64,000 nt of DNA. Source: Chiloscyllium plagiosum (Eukaryota). The DNA is taken from NCBI RefSeq assembly GCF_004010195.1, contig NC_057728.1, forward strand, positions 54,790,588 through 54,854,587, in the 5' to 3' direction. A program made the translations under genes and the position numbers. Position 1 is the stretch's first letter. The number at the start of each line of letters is the position of its first letter. This document shows, piece after piece, positions 25,180-37,362 of this stretch. The notes below the pieces were generated by a model, which saw only the letters and a program-made list of their open reading frames with translations, was not told where the DNA came from and did no database searches.

Positions 25180-25355
25180 AGTTCCATTCCAGAGAGCCGA
25201 GTGCAGAATCGAGGCAGACACTTGTGCTGGGAGTGTCGGTATTGAGGGACCGCTGCACTATTGGAAGTGCCACCTTTGGAACCAGCTGTTAAACTGAAGC
25301 TGTGCCTGCCCTCTCAGGTGGATGGAGAAGATCATGTGGCACCATTTCAAAGAGG
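25180..25355 (+). mobile_element. DeuSINE-domain (SacSINE1/AmnSINE1-like) fragment
   Basis: tgaggga..gctgcact...gtgcc...gttaaac.ga.g...tgccctctcaggtgga resembles the recalled Deu-domain consensus; another copy on - at about 53990-54245. Confidence 0.6.
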
Positions 25356-25604
25356 TGCAGAGAATATAGCCTCAGAGGCCCATGGAGTCACATTGTCTGC
25401 AAGTGGCATCAGATTCAGAGCAGGGGAGGTGGAACTAATATTGGGAATGATATACAATTTCTTCTCCAAAACTAATTTAATCGATTTTAGCATACAGTGA
25501 GTCTACTAGAAAAGTAAGCGTGTGTAACTGTATTAGAGACACTTTATCTCATGCGTGAATGATGACTTTACATAATCATGTCTTTGGTGGTTATTACAAC
25601 TCAC

Positions 25605-25669
25605 CGTAACTCATTCCTCTCCTTGATCCATTCTTGTAGCACCATCCGTGACTCTGCATCTTCGTAAAT
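25605..25669 (-). CDS. NT5DC3: NT5DC3 exon 13 (IYEDAESRMVLQEWIKERNELR)
   Basis: ttttag acceptor, CG|gtgagt donor. Confidence 0.93.
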
Positions 25670-25816
25670 CTAAAATAGTTTCATAAAGGAAGGATAAATG
25701 AACACCAAGTGAATCTTACACTTTTGACAATAATTAAAATTCCTTGGAAATGTCAGTTTTGATTAACTTGGACCAAAATGCAGCTATCATCTGAGGAACA
25801 CAGTATTGATTACGTA

Positions 25817-26030
25817 CAAAAACAGAAATTGCTGGAGAAACTCAGCAGGTCTGCCAACATCTGTGGGAAGAATCAGAGTTAACATTGCGAGTTCAGTGAC
25901 TTTTCATCCAAACTCGATACTGGACTTTAAACGTTAACTCTGCTTTCTTCCCACAGATGCTGTCAGACCTGCTGAGTTTCTCCAGCAATTTCTGTTTTTG
26001 TTTCAGATCTCCAGAATCTGCAGTCTTTTT
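25817..26030. mobile_element. Fold-back PLE remnant (third subfamily)
   Basis: Arms aaaaacagaaattgctggagaaactcagcaggtctg...gagttaac / gttaactc...cagacctgctgagtttctccagcaatttctgttttt. Confidence 0.75.
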
Positions 26031-26590
26031 GTACATGATGAGTAAATAAAACAATGTTTTAAAGACATAGAGATGTACAGCACAAAAACAGACCGTTCAG
26101 TCCAACTTGACCATGCCGACCAGATATCCTAAATTAATCTACTCCAATTTGCCAGCATTTGGCCCATATCTTTCAACTGCTCCTAATCATGTACCGTGCA
26201 CTTGCCTTTTAAAATGTTCTAATTGAATTAGAATCGCTCTGCTAGTATTTCAGTTTTCCCAGTTTGAGCAGTATCGCATTGTTTAAACAACAGAACAATC
26301 CCTGTGCAGAAATCAATATTTTAATAAGAAATAGGAAACAGTATTTGTTCTAGATTAAAGAACTATCATTAAGACCACTCTTTTTCAAAACTGATTTTCG
26401 GTTGAAATGGATTCTAAAGTTGAAGGGCTAAAACTTACATACACTTTAGATTTAATTTCCTGACCTTATTCCCCACAAACTGCACTTGCATCAGTTTGAG
26501 GGAATGAAACGGAATCTCAAACCTATAGAGTGGAGCACTCAAGCTCAAACATCCTATGATCTCTCTCTTAATAATTTCACCACACATCAT

Positions 26591-27836
26591 CATAAGACTA
26601 TAAGACATAGGAGTGGAAATAAGGCCATTCAGCCCATAGAGTCCACTCCACCATTCAATCATGGCCGATGGGCATTTCAACGCCACTTACCCGCACTCTC
26701 CCCGTATCCCTTGATTCCTTGCAAGAGTAAGAATTTATCAATCTCTGCCCTGAAGACATTTAACACGCTGGCCTCCACTGCACTCCATGGCAATGGATTC
26801 CACAGACCCACCAGACTCTGGGTGAAGAAATGGCTCATCATTTCCATTTTAAATTGACCCCCTCTAATTTCTAAGGCTGTGCCCACATGTCCTGGTATCC
26901 ACATCTGACAGAAACAAATTCCCAGCCTTCACCTTTTCTAAACCTTGCATTATCTTGTAAGTTTCTATCAGATCTCCCTCAACCTTCTAAACTCTAGTGA
27001 ATACAACCTCAGGATCTTGAGACGATCATCGTATGTTAGGCCTTCCATTCCAGGGATCATCCGTGTGAATCTCCACTGGGCATGCCGCAGTGCCAGTATG
27101 TCCTTCCTGAGGTGTGGGGCCCAAAATTAGACACCGTATTCTAAATGGGGCCTAACCAGAGTTTTATAAAGTCTGAGTAACACATCGTTGCTTATACATT
27201 CCAACCCTCTTGAGATAAATGACAACATTACACTTGCTTTCTTAACCACGGACTCAACCAGCAAGTCAACCTTTACAGAATCCTGGACTAGCGCTCCCAG
27301 ATCCCTTTGTACTCTGGCTTTATGAATTTTCTTACCATTTAGAAAATATTCCATGTCTGTATTCTTTTTTTCCAAAGTGCAAGACCTCGCATTTGCTCAT
27401 GTTGAATTTCATCAGCCATTTCTTGGACCACTCTCCTAAACTGTCTAAATCTTTCTGCAGCATCCCCACCTCCTCAGAACTACCTGCTTCTCCACCTAAC
27501 TTTGTATCATCAGTGAACTTCGCCAGAATGGCCCCAGTCCCTTCATCCAGATCATTATTATATAAAGTGAACAGCTGCAGTCCCAACACTGAACCCTGTG
27601 GGACACCACCTGTCACTAGCTGTCATTCCGAAAAAGAACCATTTATCCCAACTCTCTGCCTTCTGTCAGACAGCCAATCCTTAATCCATGCCAGTAGCTC
27701 ACCTCGAACACCTTGGGCCCTCACCTTACTCAGCAGCCTTCCGTGAGGCACCTTATCAAAGGTCTTTTGGAAGTCTAGGTAGATAACATCCACTGGGTTT
27801 CCCTGGTCTAACCTACTTGTTATCTCTTCAAAGAAT
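26591..27836 (-). mobile_element. Relatively young CR1 LINE 3' fragment (RT)
   Basis: ORFs with GVPQGSVLG, KFTDDTKLG, LYKTLVRPHLEY; (CATAAGA)-like tail at 26591. Confidence 0.95.
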
Positions 27837-28034
27837 TAAATCAGAACTTCTTAATTGTTTTATTAAGTCACAGGACATGGGTTTTCCTAGCAAGGTCCGT
27901 GTTTATTGCCCATCCCTAATTATTATTCAGATGGTGGTGGTGATCTGTCTTCTTGAATCACTGTACTTCATGTGGTGTTAGCAAGACGATTATAGAATAT
28001 TGGCCCAGCAATTGTAAAAGATCATACAGCTCAC

Positions 28035-30255
28035 AAGAAATAGAAGCAGAATTAGGCATTCAGCCCATCGAGTCTACTCTGCCATTCGATCATGACTGAT
28101 ACGTTTCTCAACCCCATCCTCCTGTCTTCTTTCAGTACCCTTGATCCCCTGGCCAGTGGAGAACCTATCCATCTCAATCTCAAATACACTCAATGACTTG
28201 GCCTCCACAATCCTCTGTAGCAATGAATTCTACAGAATAATCACTGCTGAAAATGTGTTGCTGGAAAAGCGCAGCAGGTCAGGCAGCATCCAAGGAGCAG
28301 GAGAATCGATGTTTCGGGCATGAGCCCTTCTTCATTCCTGCTGCGCTTTTCCAGCAACACATTTTCAGCTCTGATCTCCAGCATCTGCAGTCTTCACTTT
28401 CTCCTCCACAGAATAATCACCCTCTAGCTGAAGAAATTCCTCTTTATCTGCATTATAAAAGGTTGTCCCTTCACTCTGCAGCTGTGCCTTGGGTCCTAGA
28501 CTCTACTACTCAGGGAAACATCTTCTCCATGTCCACTCTATTCAGGTCTCTCAGTAACCTGTAAGTTTCAATCAGATCTCCTCTCATCCTTCTAAACTCG
28601 GAGTACAAACCCAGACTCCTCAGCCACTCCTCATTTGACAAGCCTTTCGTCCCAGGGATCTGTCTTCAAAACCTCGTCTGAATCCCATCCAATGCCAGCA
28701 CATCCTTCCTCAGACATGGGGCCCAAAACTGCTTTTCCAGCCTCAGCTGTACACCTCTGCTTACATCTCCTTGCCCTCTTAAAATGAATGCTAACATTAC
28801 ATTTGTCTTCCTAACGGCCAACTAAACCTGCACATTAAACCTTAAGAAAATCCTGAACTAGGACTCCCAAGTCGTTTTATGCTCCAGAATTTCGAAGCCT
28901 TTCCCTGTTCAGAAAATAGTGTACGTCTCTATTCTTCCTACCACAGTGCTTAATCTCACACTTTCCCACATTCATACAATCCCAGAATCCCTACAGTATG
29001 GAAATAGGCCATTCGGCACAACATCTCCACACCGACTCTCCGCTGACCATAGATCATAGGTTAGGAACCCCTACAGTGTGAAAGCAGGACATTCAGCCCA
29101 ACGAGTCCACACCCACCCGCCGAAGAGTAACCCATCCAGACCCACCCCCTCTACCCTATTCGTGTAACCCAGCATTATCCATGGCTAATCCACCTAACTT
29201 GCACATCCCTGGGCAATTTAGCATGTCCAAACCACCAAACCTGAACATCTTTGGATTGTGGGAGGAAATTGGAGCACACAGGGAGAATGTTCAAATTCCA
29301 CACTGACAGTTGCCAGAGGCTGGAATTGAACCTGCGTCCTTGGCACTGTGAGGCAGCAGTGTTAGGCAACTGAGCCATCATGCTGCCCCATTGTATTCCA
29401 TCTGCCACTTCTTTGCTCACTTTCCAAATCCCTCTGTAACCTTCCCACCTCCTCAACACTGCCTGTCCATCTACCTATCTTTGTGTCATCTGTAAATTTA
29501 GCATCAATGCCCTCAGTTCCTTCATCCAGATTGTTAATGTGCAACATGTAAGTGTGATTCCAATACAGAACCTTGCAGAACTCCACTAGTCATTGGCTTC
29601 CATCCTGAGAAAAACCCCTTTATCCCTACTCTCTGGTTCAACCAAATCTCTATCCAAGCCAGCACCTTGCCCCTGACATCACAGGCTCTTATCTTATTTG
29701 GTAGGCGCCTGGGTGGCACCTTGTTAAAGGCCTTCTGGAAATCCAAATAGATCATGTCTACTGGCTTTCCTTTGTCTAACCTGTTTGTTACCTCCTCAAA
29801 GAATTCTAACAGATTTATCAGGCATGACTTCCTGTTGACAAAGCTGTGCTGACTCAGCCGAACTTTATCATGCGCTTCCAAGTAATCTGCAATCTCATCC
29901 TTAATAATGGACTCCAAAAGCTTACCAACAATTAAGGTCAGGCCTACCAGCCTACACTTTCCTATCTTCTGCCTCACTCCCTTCTTAAACAGAGGTATTA
30001 CATTAGCCATTTTCCAGTCCTCTAGGACCCCTCCCTGACTCCAGTGATTCCTGAAAGATCACCACCAATGCCTACACACTTTCCTCAGCTATCTCCTTCA
30101 GAGTTCTGGAATGTAGCCCATCCGATCTGGGTGATTTATCCACCATCAGCCCTTTCAGCTTCCCCAGCATTTTCTCCTTAGTGATGGTCATTACACTCAC
30201 CTCTGCCCCTGCCAGTCTTGAAATTCTGGTATGCTGTTGGTGTCTTCCACTGTGA
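28035..30255 (-). mobile_element. CR1 LINE fragment (~2.2 kb) carrying a nested PLE (28245-28407) and an HE1-like SINE (about 28975-29389)
   Basis: ORF 29534-30010 (ANVIPLFKKG, YLDFQKAF, SGVLQGSVL) and 29362-29586 (KFTDDTKIG). Confidence 0.92.
28245..28407. mobile_element. Fold-back PLE mini-insertion, 13-bp TSD
   Basis: TSD ACAGAATAATCAC at 28232-28244 and 28408-28420; inverted arms gctgaaaatgtgttgctggaaaagcgcagcagg / cctgctgcgcttttccagcaacacattttcagc. Confidence 0.85.
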
Positions 30256-31260
30256 TGCAGTTTCAAGTAAGGATGGGGAGTGGCTTGGAGGGGTACGTGC
30301 AAGTGCGATGCTCCCATGAACCTTTGTTCTACGTATTAAGGGTAATGGGTCTTGAAGGAGATATCAAAGCAGCCCAGTGAACGTTGAAGGTTTTAAATGG
30401 CGTGCCAATGAAGTGGCTGCTTTGTCAAATTTCTTAAATTTTGTTGGAGCAATTATCCAGACGACTGCGGAGTATTCCATCACACTCCTGACCTGTGCCT
30501 TGTAGAGATGGATAGGCTTTGGGGAGACAGGAGTTGAGCTACTGACTAAAAAAACTCATGGCCTTTGATCCAGGCTTGCTACCACTATATTTATAGGACA
30601 GGCCCAGTTCAGTGTTTTTGTCCCCTAGGTTGTGACAGCAGGGGTGTTCAATGATGCAAAAGAAAGTTAGCTCTGATTGAAGAGCAGACATTGACTAATG
30701 GGCTGAAGAACCACTTTCTAGAATTGCTATCATTTAGAAGAGACCAGAGGTATGATTTTTAAACTTATAAAGGGTGTTCAAGTTTTCACATTCTGACAAA
30801 AGGATTGAAAGACATTCCTCTGAAGCAGAGATAGCTTTAGAAATATCAGGTTTCTCTTGACAGATGCTGGTATTTTGCTAGAGATGTACATGACAATAAG
30901 ATTTGAAATTGACCAAGGAGAGCTGTTTCCATTAGCTGATGGTGCAGGCTTTAGGGATTTAAGGTTTTGGACAAGTTATGACTCTAAATGCTGGAGGAGT
31001 GAGAGGAAGAAAAGTTTTCACAGTGAATGATAATGGCTTAGAGCTCTTGGCCTGCGAGAGTAGTGGAAGCAGAGAATGTGGAATGATTTGAAAAAAGTAA
31101 ATCTGGATAAGGACTTGAGAGAAATAAACTTTTCAACCTAAAGAGACAAAGTGGAAGAATGGGACTGATTGGATTGCTCCACAGAGGGCTAGCATGGCAT
31201 CAATGGGATAAGTGGCCTCCTTCTCTGTTGTAACAGCTCTATCAAAAGGGACACACTTAC

Positions 31261-31401
31261 CTGCATGCGTTCAAGCAGCCCAGTGAGACCCTGCAACCAC
31301 ACAACTACCCGATTGTACTGGTCTGTATTCATGGTTTTAATCTCTGATCGCAGCTCTGGAATAATTGCACCTGTTCTCCAGCCATGCTTCAAGGTCAGAT
31401 C
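31261..31401 (-). CDS. NT5DC3: NT5DC3 exon 12 ([20 protein letters not shown]...LLERMQ)
   Basis: attcag acceptor, CAG|gtaagt donor. Confidence 0.97.
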
Positions 31402-31574
31402 CTGAATTGACACAAAGCACATCGGTTTGTTACGCTTAACTAATTTACATTTACAGAAGTATAAACTAGATGCCTTTCTTCGGCTTTATTGCATTTTAGT
31501 CTTTTCCTAAAATTATTTCTGCAACAGTAAAAACCTGACAGAGAAAAACACTTTAAGAAGAAGCAAAAGCAATT

Positions 31575-32305
31575 TACAAAAATGGTTCTAGGAATGAGAA
31601 ACTTCAGATCTGAGCATAGGTTGAAGAAGTTGGGATTGTTCTCCCTGGAGGGAAGAAGGCTGAGAGGAGATCTGATAGAGGTTTCCAAAATTATGAACGA
31701 GATGCACTGAAGAGGTAGGGAGAAGCTCGACAAAAGATAAAAAGATTTAAAAGTGATGTGCAAACAACGTTAGAGTGATATGTGAAAATAATGTGAGAAA
31801 AAGCATGTGGTTAAGGTATGGAATGCTCAGAAATGTGGTGGAGGCAGGTTCAATTCAAGAGGGTATCAGATGGTTGTTTGATTAGAAGCAATGCCCAGAG
31901 ATATGGGGAAAAGGCAGGAGATTGGCTCTAGGTCGTAGAACTGATGCAGGCACAATGGACTGAATGGCCTCCTTCTGTGCCATAACTATTCGAAGGGTGC
32001 AGCACAGTGGCTCAGTGGTTAGCACTGCTGCCTCTCAGTGCCAGGGACCTGGGTTCAATTCCACTCTCAGGCGACTGCCTGCGTGGAGTTTCACATTCTC
32101 CTCATGTCTGTGTGGGTTTCCTCCGGGTGCTCCGGTTTCCTTCCACAGTCCAAAGATGTGCAGGTTAGGTGGATGGCCATGGGAAGTGCAGGGTTACAGG
32201 GATAGGGTAAATGGGTGCGTCTGGATGGGATGCTGTTCAGAGGGTCGGTGTGGACTCAATGGGTCGAATGGCCTGCTACCACACTGTAAGGATTCTACGA
32301 TTCTG
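31575..32305 (+). mobile_element. CR1 3' fragment (about 31575-31990) followed by an HE1-like V-SINE (about 31997-32305)
   Basis: LFSLE.RRLRGDLIEV motif; SINE head cagtggctcagtggttagcac and V-core. Confidence 0.8.
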
Positions 32306-32779
32306 TGAAACGAGCTTGGAATATTCGATTTTGGGGGATCCACACATTTGTGGGTTCAGATAAAGCACAAGAGAGCAATGCAGAATCTCCACATACTTAA
32401 CATTGATCATTTTATAAATTAAACATTCCAGCCTCTTTCTGTCCTTCCCGTTCTCCTACTAATGCCCAGCAGATTTTCTTCCCTAGAGGAAAATAGTGGA
32501 CCAGAAGATTTTTATGGCAATCAACAATGGCTTCATGGACACCAGTAATTGAGCTTTTAATTCCAGATTTATTGATTGCATTTAGAATTTCACCATCTGT
32601 CACGGTGGGATTCGAACCTATGTCTCCAAAGAAATGGCCTGGGTCACTGGCTTACTAGTCTAGTGACAATACCATTACACCAGTGCTTCGTCACAGCACA
32701 AATTAAATGTTCCATTATATTTAATATAGTACAGGCTACTTGAATTTAGTTAATTTAATAGTGGCACCATTATACTTAC

Positions 32780-32866
32780 AGCCAGATCACTGTAAATGTG
32801 ATCCCCAAAATAAAGTACCTTCGAGCCAGTCCATCCAGTGAGCTTTAAAAATTCGTACAGGTTGCC
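32780..32866 (-). CDS. NT5DC3: NT5DC3 exon 11 with HAD motif IV ([29 protein letters not shown])
   Basis: acccag acceptor, GCT|gtaagt donor; [12 protein letters not shown] and GDHIY favour NT5DC3 over NT5DC2. Confidence 0.97.
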
Positions 32867-33832
32867 CTGGGTGTAAACAAAGTTTGAGATTAAAATGCCA
32901 TTCAGACTGAAGTCTAAAGCCTGCAGCTTACCTTTCCCAAAATAAATTTCTGGATGGTAAATAAACATTGATACAAGTGCAAACCCTAACTAAACAAGAA
33001 CCAAGGAATAGGGAGATGTCCATTAACAGCAGGACTGATAATTGCATCAGTCCAAACTGTTAAGACAGAATCTCATAGGATGCCAGATTATAGTACAACA
33101 AGTTTATGTGAAATCAGAAGCTTTTCAGAGTGTGGCTCCTTCATCAAGGTCAAATGCCAGATTGTCCAATTTTCATGGGGCTCAGGAACTTAAAAGCTCG
33201 CAAAGTAATCAATAAGCTGTCAATGATTTTCGGTAAAAGGATCATTTAAAAGGATTTTTTAATTTCTTTACGTTTCTATATTTTCTTCCTAAGAACTTGT
33301 ACTTAAGAATTGGTACCTAGGTATCTTTGTACTCAAGTTGGCACTGTCAGTGATGGCTAATAAACTTTTCACTCATTTGAGTATGTGACAATAAAGATAA
33401 TTCAATTCAATTCATTTATTACTTCAGTGAAGAAGGGCTCATTCCATCCTAAGAAAAGTCTAAATTAATGTAGGAGGAATTTTTCTGTTTATTTTATATC
33501 TATCTACTTTGAACATAGTAATATGCAAAACAAGTGACAAATCAGAAAAAGATACACCATTCCATTAACTGCAAAGAATTATTATTTGTAAATCTCTATG
33601 AAATGAATTATGCGCTACATCACCGAAGTCACTTCATTCAAACAATAAGATCATTTAAATATTTTTACACATTACACTACCACCTTGCTGCATTGTTAAT
33701 TTTGCTTAATTCAAATGATTGGATCATTACATTTAGTACAAAAACACTTCAAACAATCATGAAAAAAAAATTAAACATTTGTCCCTTGTGTCATTAAAAT
33801 AATTTGACACGCCTTCTATTAAACAAATGTCC

Positions 33833-34498
33833 TGTTACGGCACAGGGTAAACCCTCCTGCTTAATTTAAAACCAGCAACACAGAAAAGAAAAGTAATCTG
33901 CAAAATTTCGAGTGGCCAAAAACTCTCTGAAGTAAAAATTAACAACTTTATTTCTTAAAGTATAACAGAGAATAATTAACTAACAACTACTTACAATTCC
34001 TATCGTTTACCTTCCCTTCTATAATACTTGTCCAATAAAACTCCCAATTAGGATTTACCAATACTCAAATTTTTAAAACCAGCCAGCGATCAAATCTTCT
34101 CTCTAACTTTGTCAGTAGAGTGCCTCTCCAGGTCAGTGTTGAGGCTTTTCTCTGTGCAAACATCTTCTCTAGACAGGTATCTCTGCTAGACAGAGTTCTG
34201 ACTAGCAGTCTACAGTGTTGGTCTGGTGACAGTTCACCTCCCAAATGTTCAATTTTCCCCAGTCTTATACTCCAAAGCATCGAATTGTATCATTGACTTT
34301 TAAGATTGTCAATATACTCAATTCAAACTTGATTGGAATTTGGTATTTTCCGGGGTATAATTTAAACTGGTTGGCCTATTTTGAATATGTTTTGTCATTT
34401 CCTGGCAACTAGTTAACCTAGTAGCTGCAGCACACTTGGTGCTGTCACTGCTAATTTTAACTATCTTCAAGGTATAGGACACCCACATCTTCCTAACA
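33833..34498 (-). mobile_element. Solo LTR, 666 bp
   Basis: TGTTA...TAACA termini, near-TSD GTCC/GTAC; homologous in reverse to 63179-63890. Confidence 0.8.
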
Positions 34499-34774
34499 GT
34501 ACACGAAGGCTGCATGGAAACCACTAGTTATACTGTGGATTATGATATAGTTTATACAGTCATATACTTGACAGAATCCCCAGTGTACTGAGCTTTGAAA
34601 TTAAGCTTAGTGGCCTTGTTGTCAATTTTAGTAGATGATCCAGAAATTTCAATTATTTGAGGGGCAAAAACAAAAGAATCATTCAGGTAATTTTTTTGTT
34701 GATAATAATTCTGATTTATCAACATTTAAATCGATCAGAGGAATTAGAATCATGTAAAAATGATCCTTATTATT

Positions 34775-35540
34775 CAGAGTCAGAGATATACAGCACAGAA
34801 GCAGACCCTTCAGTCCAACTCGTCCATGTCAACCAGATATCCTAAATAAATCTACAGGCCGTTCCGCTATAACACGCGTTTTGTTAACGCAAATTTGCTG
34901 TGTAGTGATTGACAAATTGGGGACACTTTTTAAAGTGCGAACTTTTAAAACATGTGTTGGTTGTAACACGATTACATTAGAAACAGTGCTTAAAGTGTTG
35001 CCAAAGCACAATTTTTCTATAATGTGGGGTTGCACAAGAACGCAACCATTGCGTTACAGAAGACCTAGCCGTAGTCCCATTTGGCAACATTTGGCCCATA
35101 TCCCTCTAAACCCTTCCGATTCATCAACCCATCCAGATGCCTTTTAAATGTTATAATTGTACCAGCCTCCACCACTTCCTCTGGCAGCTCATTCCATACA
35201 TGCATCACCTTCTGCATGAAAAAGTTGCCCCTTCGGTCTCTTTTACATCTTTCCCCTCTCATCTTAAACCCATGCCCTTTAGTTTTTGACTCCCCCACAT
35301 CAGGGAAAAGACCTTGTCTATTTACTCTATCCACATCTTTCATGATTTTATAAACCTCTCTTAGGTCACCCCTCAGCCTCCGCGCTCCAGGGAAAACAGC
35401 CCCACTCTATTCAGCCTCTCCATATGGCTCAAACCCTACAACTGTGGCAACATCTTTGTAAATCTTTTCTGAACCCTTTCAAGTTTCACAACATCCTCCC
35501 TATAGCAGGGAGACCGGAATTGCACACAATATTCCAAAAT
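34775..35540 (-). mobile_element. CR1 3' fragment interrupted by a MITE
   Basis: ORF 35065-35343 (FFMQKVMHVWNELPEEVV). Confidence 0.85.
34855..35071. mobile_element. Tc1/mariner (Tigger-like) MITE, 217 bp
   Basis: TA on both sides (34853-54, 35072-73), imperfect TIRs CAGGCCGTTCCGCTATAAC / GTTACAGAAGACCTAGCCG; removal restores CR1 aatcTAgtcccat. Confidence 0.7.
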
Positions 35541-35595
35541 AACATGAAATTAAGATTCTGCACAGTTAACAGTCAGACATAATGAAGGCATTTAC

Positions 35596-35677
35596 CTGTT
35601 TGTAGATCTTGCCTTTCTCTAATTTGCTGATTTTGTCCCAATGCAATTTATCTCTCTGATTTGCTCTCCTGAATGGT
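35596..35677 (-). CDS. NT5DC3: NT5DC3 exon 10 ([27 protein letters not shown])
   Basis: ccgtag acceptor, CAG|gtaaat donor; 118-bp intron upstream. Confidence 0.95.
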
Positions 35678-35795
35678 CTACGGAAAAATCGGAGAACTTT
35701 AGAGGTAAGTTTTCAAACAGCACTAAAGATCAATTTTCACTCCCACTGAAAAACACGGCAATGAACCTGTTCCACTGAAATCCTACTGCACTGAC

Positions 35796-35897
35796 CTTCG
35801 GTTATCGTTGAAGAAAGCTGGCTTCTCAGCCTGAACAATGATGATGTCAAATAGGTCTCGCCAATCTTTGCCGACCATGTACTGCATTCCTTTATCA
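35796..35897 (-). CDS. NT5DC3: NT5DC3 exon 9 ([33 protein letters not shown]), includes the motif III Lys
   Basis: tgatag acceptor, AG|gtcagt donor. Confidence 0.96.
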
Positions 35898-36188
35898 CTA
35901 TCACAAGGGGAACACAACCATCAATAATATAACCACTGGGCTCATTTTAAATCACTGCCAGTGCATATTTCTCAAAAAACACATTTTGCTCTACCAAGGC
36001 ATTTCAAAAAATTATTTTTTCATTCATCAGATGTGGGCATCACTGACCAAGACAGTATTTAATGCCCATTCCTAATTGCCCATGACCAGGTAACAGCAAG
36101 CTACCTTCTTGAACCAATGAAATTCATGCATTTCTATTCAGTCAGATTACCATCTTCACATGACATTAGAATCAGGAAAGTCACTTAC

Positions 36189-36291
36189 ACAAAACTGAAA
36201 GGGCTGTTTGTTATTAGGAAAAGTTTCTTGCCACTGTCAATCAATCTTCCCAAAACAGCACTGGTTTTCTCCTCATGAGATATGTATTTAT
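36189..36291 (-). CDS. NT5DC3: NT5DC3 exon 8 with HAD motif II (GKKLFLITNSPFSFV)
   Basis: aatcag acceptor, GT|gtaagt donor. Confidence 0.96.
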
Positions 36292-37284
36292 CTGATTTGA
36301 AGGAAAGGTATTGGTAAGTTTTTTTTACACAGCAGTATACCAGACACTACATTTTAATTTCAGCAACACCTTAGAACACAACATGGTACACAAATCAAAT
36401 CCAGGTAGATAAGCTAGAAGTGAGCTCTATTTTAACTGCAATAGGGTGACAAGCCAAAATGTGTTGGGCTTGTCTAAAATGACTTCCTTTCAGGCAGGAA
36501 GTGAGCTGTCTCTGAACACAAGTTCTATTTCACTCCATTGTAGGCAAACTGCACACCACATGGGAAGTCAAGCAGTTTTAACTTTCTGGGCTGATGTTGG
36601 GACCCCCTTTTATGCCCTCACAGCCCATAACAGGCATTCATCTCCCCACCTCCCAGCCCTATTCCTATCCTCCAGATCAACCATAAGACTTAGGAACAGA
36701 AATAAACCATTTGGCCCATCGAGTCTGCTCCATCATCCAGAGATCATGGCTGATCTGATAATCCTCAACTTCACTTTGCTGCCCTATCTACATAATCCTA
36801 GAATCCAAATGTGATTAAAAATCCATCTATCTCAGCCTTGAATGTACTTAATGGCCCAGGCTCGAAAGCGCACTGCAGTAAAGAATTCCACAGATTCACC
36901 ACCCTCTGGGAGAACAAATTCCTCCTCATTTCTGCCTTAAAATGTATCCTTATTCTGAGATTATGTCTTCTGGTACTTGACACTTCATCCCTCAGGTGCT
37001 TTGAAAAGCTGCCTTCAATTGCAAACCCCATCTCTCCAACTCTCATTCCTTAACACACCCCACCCCCACTTCACTGTGACCTTGCACTCAGGAGTCACTC
37101 TGGGATCCTCAGCGTTGGGCACAGCCATTGACTCAGCAGCATCTCCCAGTGGTAGGGCTTTTCACCATCTGATTGGTTGGCAGCTCTCCAAGGCAAGATT
37201 TCTCCCAAGAAAGGAGTGGCAGGCTCTCAGTAAAGAAATTAATGTCCATTTCCCAGCATTAAATTGCTGGGAGGACACTGTTGG

Positions 37285-37362
37285 GTGTGCGTGTGTCTGT
37301 GTGCGTGTTTGCGTGTGTCCCTGTGTGTGAGTGTGTGTCTCTGTGCCTGTGTGTGTGTGTGT
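37285..37362. repeat. Imperfect (TG)n microsatellite
   Basis: Direct reading. Confidence 0.85.

Noticed and set aside
29534..30010. Active reverse transcriptase gene (158-aa ORF)
   Set aside because: Frameshifted, 5'-truncated CR1 fragment interrupted by other elements
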